Shown here: piece after piece, positions 61,001-64,000 of the stretch
How positions within the stretch are numbered: the first letter of the stretch is position 1
How the letters are laid out: every line of letters starts with the position of its first letter
The notes under the pieces: model-generated
What the model was told of the DNA's origin: nothing
The model's input: the letters and a program-made list of their open reading frames with translations, nothing else
The model's database searches: none
Source: Nostoc carneum NIES-2107
Lineage (GTDB): Bacteria > Cyanobacteriota > Cyanobacteriia > Cyanobacteriales > Nostocaceae
DNA: 64,000 nucleotides
NCBI GenBank assembly: GCA_002368155.1
Contig: AP018180.1
Location: forward strand, 4,199,380-4,263,379
Direction: 5' to 3'
Program-made: the position numbers and the translations under genes

Positions 61001-61130
61001 TCGGGGATTGGGGATTAGGGATCGGGGATTAGGGATTGGGGATCAGGAAAAATTTAACTTAAATCTTTTACCCAGTCCCCATTACCCAGTCCCCATTACC
61101 CAGTCCCCAACCCCCAGTCCCTAATTCCTA
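61001..61130. repeat. STRR block forming a long imperfect hairpin (GGGGATT/GGGATYG heptamers, then CCCAGTC/CCCATTA heptamers) between acpP and fabF
   Basis: The two halves are complementary in sequence class, which predicts a long stem-loop in the acpP-fabF transcript. Confidence 0.8.
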
Positions 61131-61170
61131 GTCACCTTTTTGCTGCTTTCTCGCCACCTTTAACTGAGTC

Positions 61171-62418
61171 ATGACAGATTATAAACGTAAACGCGTTGTG
61201 GTAACTGGTGTTGGCGCGATTACACCAATTGGCAATACACCAGCACAGTATTGGGAAGGATTGTTAAGTGGTCGTAATGGCATAGATTTCATCACCGCTT
61301 TTGATGCATCTCGCCATGATTGCCGCATTGCTGGTGAAGTCAAAAACTTCGATCCACATATTTATTTAGAGCGCAAAGAAGCCAAGCGCATGGATCGGTT
61401 TTCCCAATTTGGGGTTTCGGCGGCAAAACAAGCTATATCTGACGCGCGTTTAGAGATTAATGAACTGAATGCAGAACAGGTCGGTGTAATTATTGGTTCC
61501 GGTATTGGCGGTTTGAAGGTTTTAGAAGACCAGCAAACAGTCTACCTAAACCGCGGCCCCGATCGCTGTAGTCCGTTCATGATTCCGATGATGATCGCTA
61601 ATATGGCGGCTGGATTAACAGCTATTCATACGGGAGCTAAAGGGCCGAATTCCTGCTCTGTAACCGCTTGTGCAGCGGGTTCCAATGCCATCGGCGATGC
61701 TTTTCGCCAAATTCAATGGGGTTATGCCAAAGCCATGATTTGCGGCGGCTGTGAAGCAGCAATTACACCGTTGGGTGTAGCTGGATTCGCTGCAGCTCGG
61801 GCACTTTCAACCCGCAATGACCCAGCTAATGCTTGCCGTCCATTTGACCGCGATCGCGATGGATTTGTCATGGGTGAAGGTGCGGGAATTTTGGTGCTAG
61901 AAGAACTCGAACACGCTTTGAGTCGAGGCGCTCGCATTTACGCAGAAATTGTCGGTTATGGGATGACCTGTGATGCCTATCACATGACTTCCCCAGTTCC
62001 CGGTGGATTAGGAGCAGCCAGAGCCATAGAAATAGCACTGAAAGATGGGGAGCTAACCCCAGAGATGGTGAGCTATATCAATGCTCACGGCACAAGTACC
62101 CCAGCTAATGATTCCACGGAAACAGCTGCGATGAAAAAGGCTCTGGGCGATTCTGCCTATAAAGTAGCCATCAGCTCTACCAAATCGATGACAGGTCATC
62201 TTTTGGGTGGTTCTGGAGGTATTGAAGCCGTAGCAACAGTACTGGCCGTCGCTAACGATCAAGTTCCACCAACAATTAATCTTCAAAATCCCGATCCAGA
62301 GTGTGACCTGGATTATATTCCTCACACCAGCCGCGCTCAAGAAGTCAACGTGGCATTATCTAATTCTTTTGGGTTTGGCGGCCACAATGTGACGCTAGCC
62401 TTTAAGAAATACGTCTAA
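61171..62418 (+). CDS. fabF: 3-oxoacyl-[ACP] synthase II
   Basis: KAS II architecture; active-site Cys in NSCSVTACAAGS; catalytic His residues in YHMTSP and NAHGTSTP. Confidence 0.9.
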   Translation: MTDYKRKRVVVTGVGAITPIGNTPAQYWEGLLSGRNGIDFITAFDASRHDCRIAGEVKNFDPHIYLERKEAKRMDRFSQFGVSAAKQAISDARLEINELNAEQVGVIIGSGIGGLKVLEDQQTVYLNRGPDRCSPFMIPMMIANMAAGLTAIHTGAKGPNSCSVTACAAGSNAIGDAFRQIQWGYAKAMICGGCEAAITPLGVAGFAAARALSTRNDPANACRPFDRDRDGFVMGEGAGILVLEELEHALSRGARIYAEIVGYGMTCDAYHMTSPVPGGLGAARAIEIALKDGELTPEMVSYINAHGTSTPANDSTETAAMKKALGDSAYKVAISSTKSMTGHLLGGSGGIEAVATVLAVANDQVPPTINLQNPDPECDLDYIPHTSRAQEVNVALSNSFGFGGHNVTLAFKKYV

Positions 62419-63004
62419 GGGATTCCTAGTAAATCAATTATCCTTTCGCTGTGGGAGCAGAGGAAGCAGAGGAAGCAGAGGAAGCAGTCCCAATAAAACA
62501 TTTCATCACCATGTATGAAAGTCTTAATGGGATTTTTACTCAGCACTTTCAAGTCAGTCAATCACCCCAAGTTTTGGACAAGCATGAAAATCTTTCTCCC
62601 CCATGCCCAATGCCCCATGCCCCATGCCCTTTTTCAAGCTAGAAACAGCAAATTTTGCCTATGATCTTGGCTCTCAAAATCGGATAATTTAATTGCTGGA
62701 ATTCTTTGGAAAATCACCAATTTATCTGCTGGTCGCTCTGCCGCAAGTTGGTGGTAACAGTATCATCGATTTCATTTCCAACTAAATCAACGGTTCAAAA
62801 CAACCCAATTATTAGCTGGATTTATCACAGTCATCACTAAATATCCCGCTTGTCCATCAACAATTGGCAGTGGGATGATAAGAATAGGGGGAATGTAAAA
62901 ACAATCAGGCAATCAATTTGGACAAAATCCAAGCTTTTTTTGCCTCCCCGGTAACTGTGTAAGCTACCAAGAGTGCTAACCCGTCGTTAAAAACAATCTT
63001 ATTT

Positions 63005-64000
63005 ATGGCTGTTGCAACCCAATCCCTCGAAGAACTATCTATTAACTCGATTCGCTTCTTGGCTATTGATGCCGTAGAAAAAGCAAAATCGGGACACCCA
63101 GGGCTGCCGATGGGCGCTGCTCCGATGGCTTTTGTACTTTGGGATCGCTTTATGCGGTTTAACCCCAAAAATCCCAAATGGTTTAACCGCGATCGCTTCA
63201 TCCTGTCTGCTGGTCATGGCTCGATGTTGCAGTATGCTCTGCTGTACCTTTTTGGTTACGACAGTGTAACTATTGAGGACATCAAGCAATTCCGTCAGTG
63301 GGAATCCAAAACCCCCGGACACCCAGAAAACTTCATGACTGCTGGTGTAGAAGTGACTACCGGGCCTCTGGGTCAAGGGATTGCCAATGGAGTTGGTTTT
63401 GCGATCGCAGAAGCCCACCTAGCTGCTAAATACAACAAACCCGATGCCAACATTGTTGACCATTACACCTACGTAATTTTAGGTGATGGTTGTAACATGG
63501 AAGGTGTTTCTGGTGAAGCTTGTTCTTTCGCAGGGCACTTGGGATTAGGCAAACTGATTGCTCTGTACGATGATAACCACATCTCCATTGATGGTTCTAC
63601 AGATGTAGCCTTCACCGAAGATGTTTCTAAGCGATTTGAAGCTTACGGCTGGCACGTTCAACACGTAGAGAACGGCAACACCGACCTAGATGCGATCGCC
63701 AAAGCAATTGAAGCAGCAAAAGCTGTTACCGATAAGCCTTCTTTCATTAAGGTTACAACCACCATCGGTTATGGTTCCCCCAACAAAGCCAACACCGCTG
63801 GTGTTCACGGTGCGGCTTTGGGTACAGATGAAGTTGCATTAACCCGCAAAAACTTGGGTTGGGAATACGAACCTTTCGTAGTTCCCCAAGATGTCCTCAA
63901 CCACACTCACAAAGCTGTTGAGCGTGGCGCAGGTTACGAATCTGAGTGGAACAAAGCTTTTGCTGATTACAAAGCTAAGTATCCCCAAGAGGCAGCTGAA
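63005..64000 (+). CDS. tkt: Transketolase, 5' part (runs off the window end)
   Basis: [38 protein letters not shown] start; [13 protein letters not shown]; TTGPLGQGI thiamine-diphosphate motif. Open frame to nt 64000. Confidence 0.85.
   Translation, partial: MAVATQSLEELSINSIRFLAIDAVEKAKSGHPGLPMGAAPMAFVLWDRFMRFNPKNPKWFNRDRFILSAGHGSMLQYALLYLFGYDSVTIEDIKQFRQWESKTPGHPENFMTAGVEVTTGPLGQGIANGVGFAIAEAHLAAKYNKPDANIVDHYTYVILGDGCNMEGVSGEACSFAGHLGLGKLIALYDDNHISIDGSTDVAFTEDVSKRFEAYGWHVQHVENGNTDLDAIAKAIEAAKAVTDKPSFIKVTTTIGYGSPNKANTAGVHGAALGTDEVALTRKNLGWEYEPFVVPQDVLNHTHKAVERGAGYESEWNKAFADYKAKYPQEAAE

Overview
Chromosomal window from a filamentous heterocyst-forming cyanobacterium, Nostoc/Anabaena-like, judged from the dense STRR heptamer repeat blocks (GGGGATT, CCAATTA, GTCAAAA, ACTGTTG) and codon usage. 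Content in order: (1) 1-3087, 3' part of a large DUF4082/Ig-like repeat surface protein. (2) 3.2-25.7 kb, a ~22 kb polysaccharide (EPS/O-antigen-like) locus, all on the + strand: WbpB/WbpE/WbpD-like genes for a 2,3-diamino-uronic acid sugar, a second DegT aminotransferase, a sugar N-formyltransferase, an SDR epimerase/dehydratase, about 9 GT-B glycosyltransferases, a Wzy-like polymerase, a Tat-signal beta-helix protein, a DUF218 protein and a WcaF-like acetyltransferase. (3) A TrbI/VirB10-like orphan, an MBL hydrolase, a flavin reductase, and a cluster of three tRNA-like genes with non-canonical features. (4) An SPFH/band-7 protein with triplicated N-terminal modules, a LysR regulator, and an IS630-family insertion sequence with a frameshifted transposase. 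(5) pntA-pntB transhydrogenase. (6) A minus-strand sulfur-scavenging set (ssuE, ssuD, SfnB-like). (7) HAD hydrolase, nucleoside deaminase and a K+ channel. (8) The most interesting locus, 45393-47737: a three-gene operon encoding a TIGR04222-type polytopic membrane protein with a C-terminal Cys/Gly-rich tail (SSCGGGSSCGGGCGGGCGGCGGGD), a DUF692 multinuclear non-heme iron oxidase (MbnB/TglH-like) and a DUF2063 partner (MbnC/TglI-like). This looks like a RiPP-style Cys-modification system acting on a protein tail. (9) A 1590-aa RTX-repeat GH16 glucanase, lpxD, a 21-bp/84-bp tandem repeat, a DUF433/DUF5615 toxin-antitoxin-like pair, a CHAT-NB-ARC-TPR STAND protein, an HdrB-like CCG protein, acpP-fabF and the 5' end of tkt. 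No CRISPR array and no rRNA.
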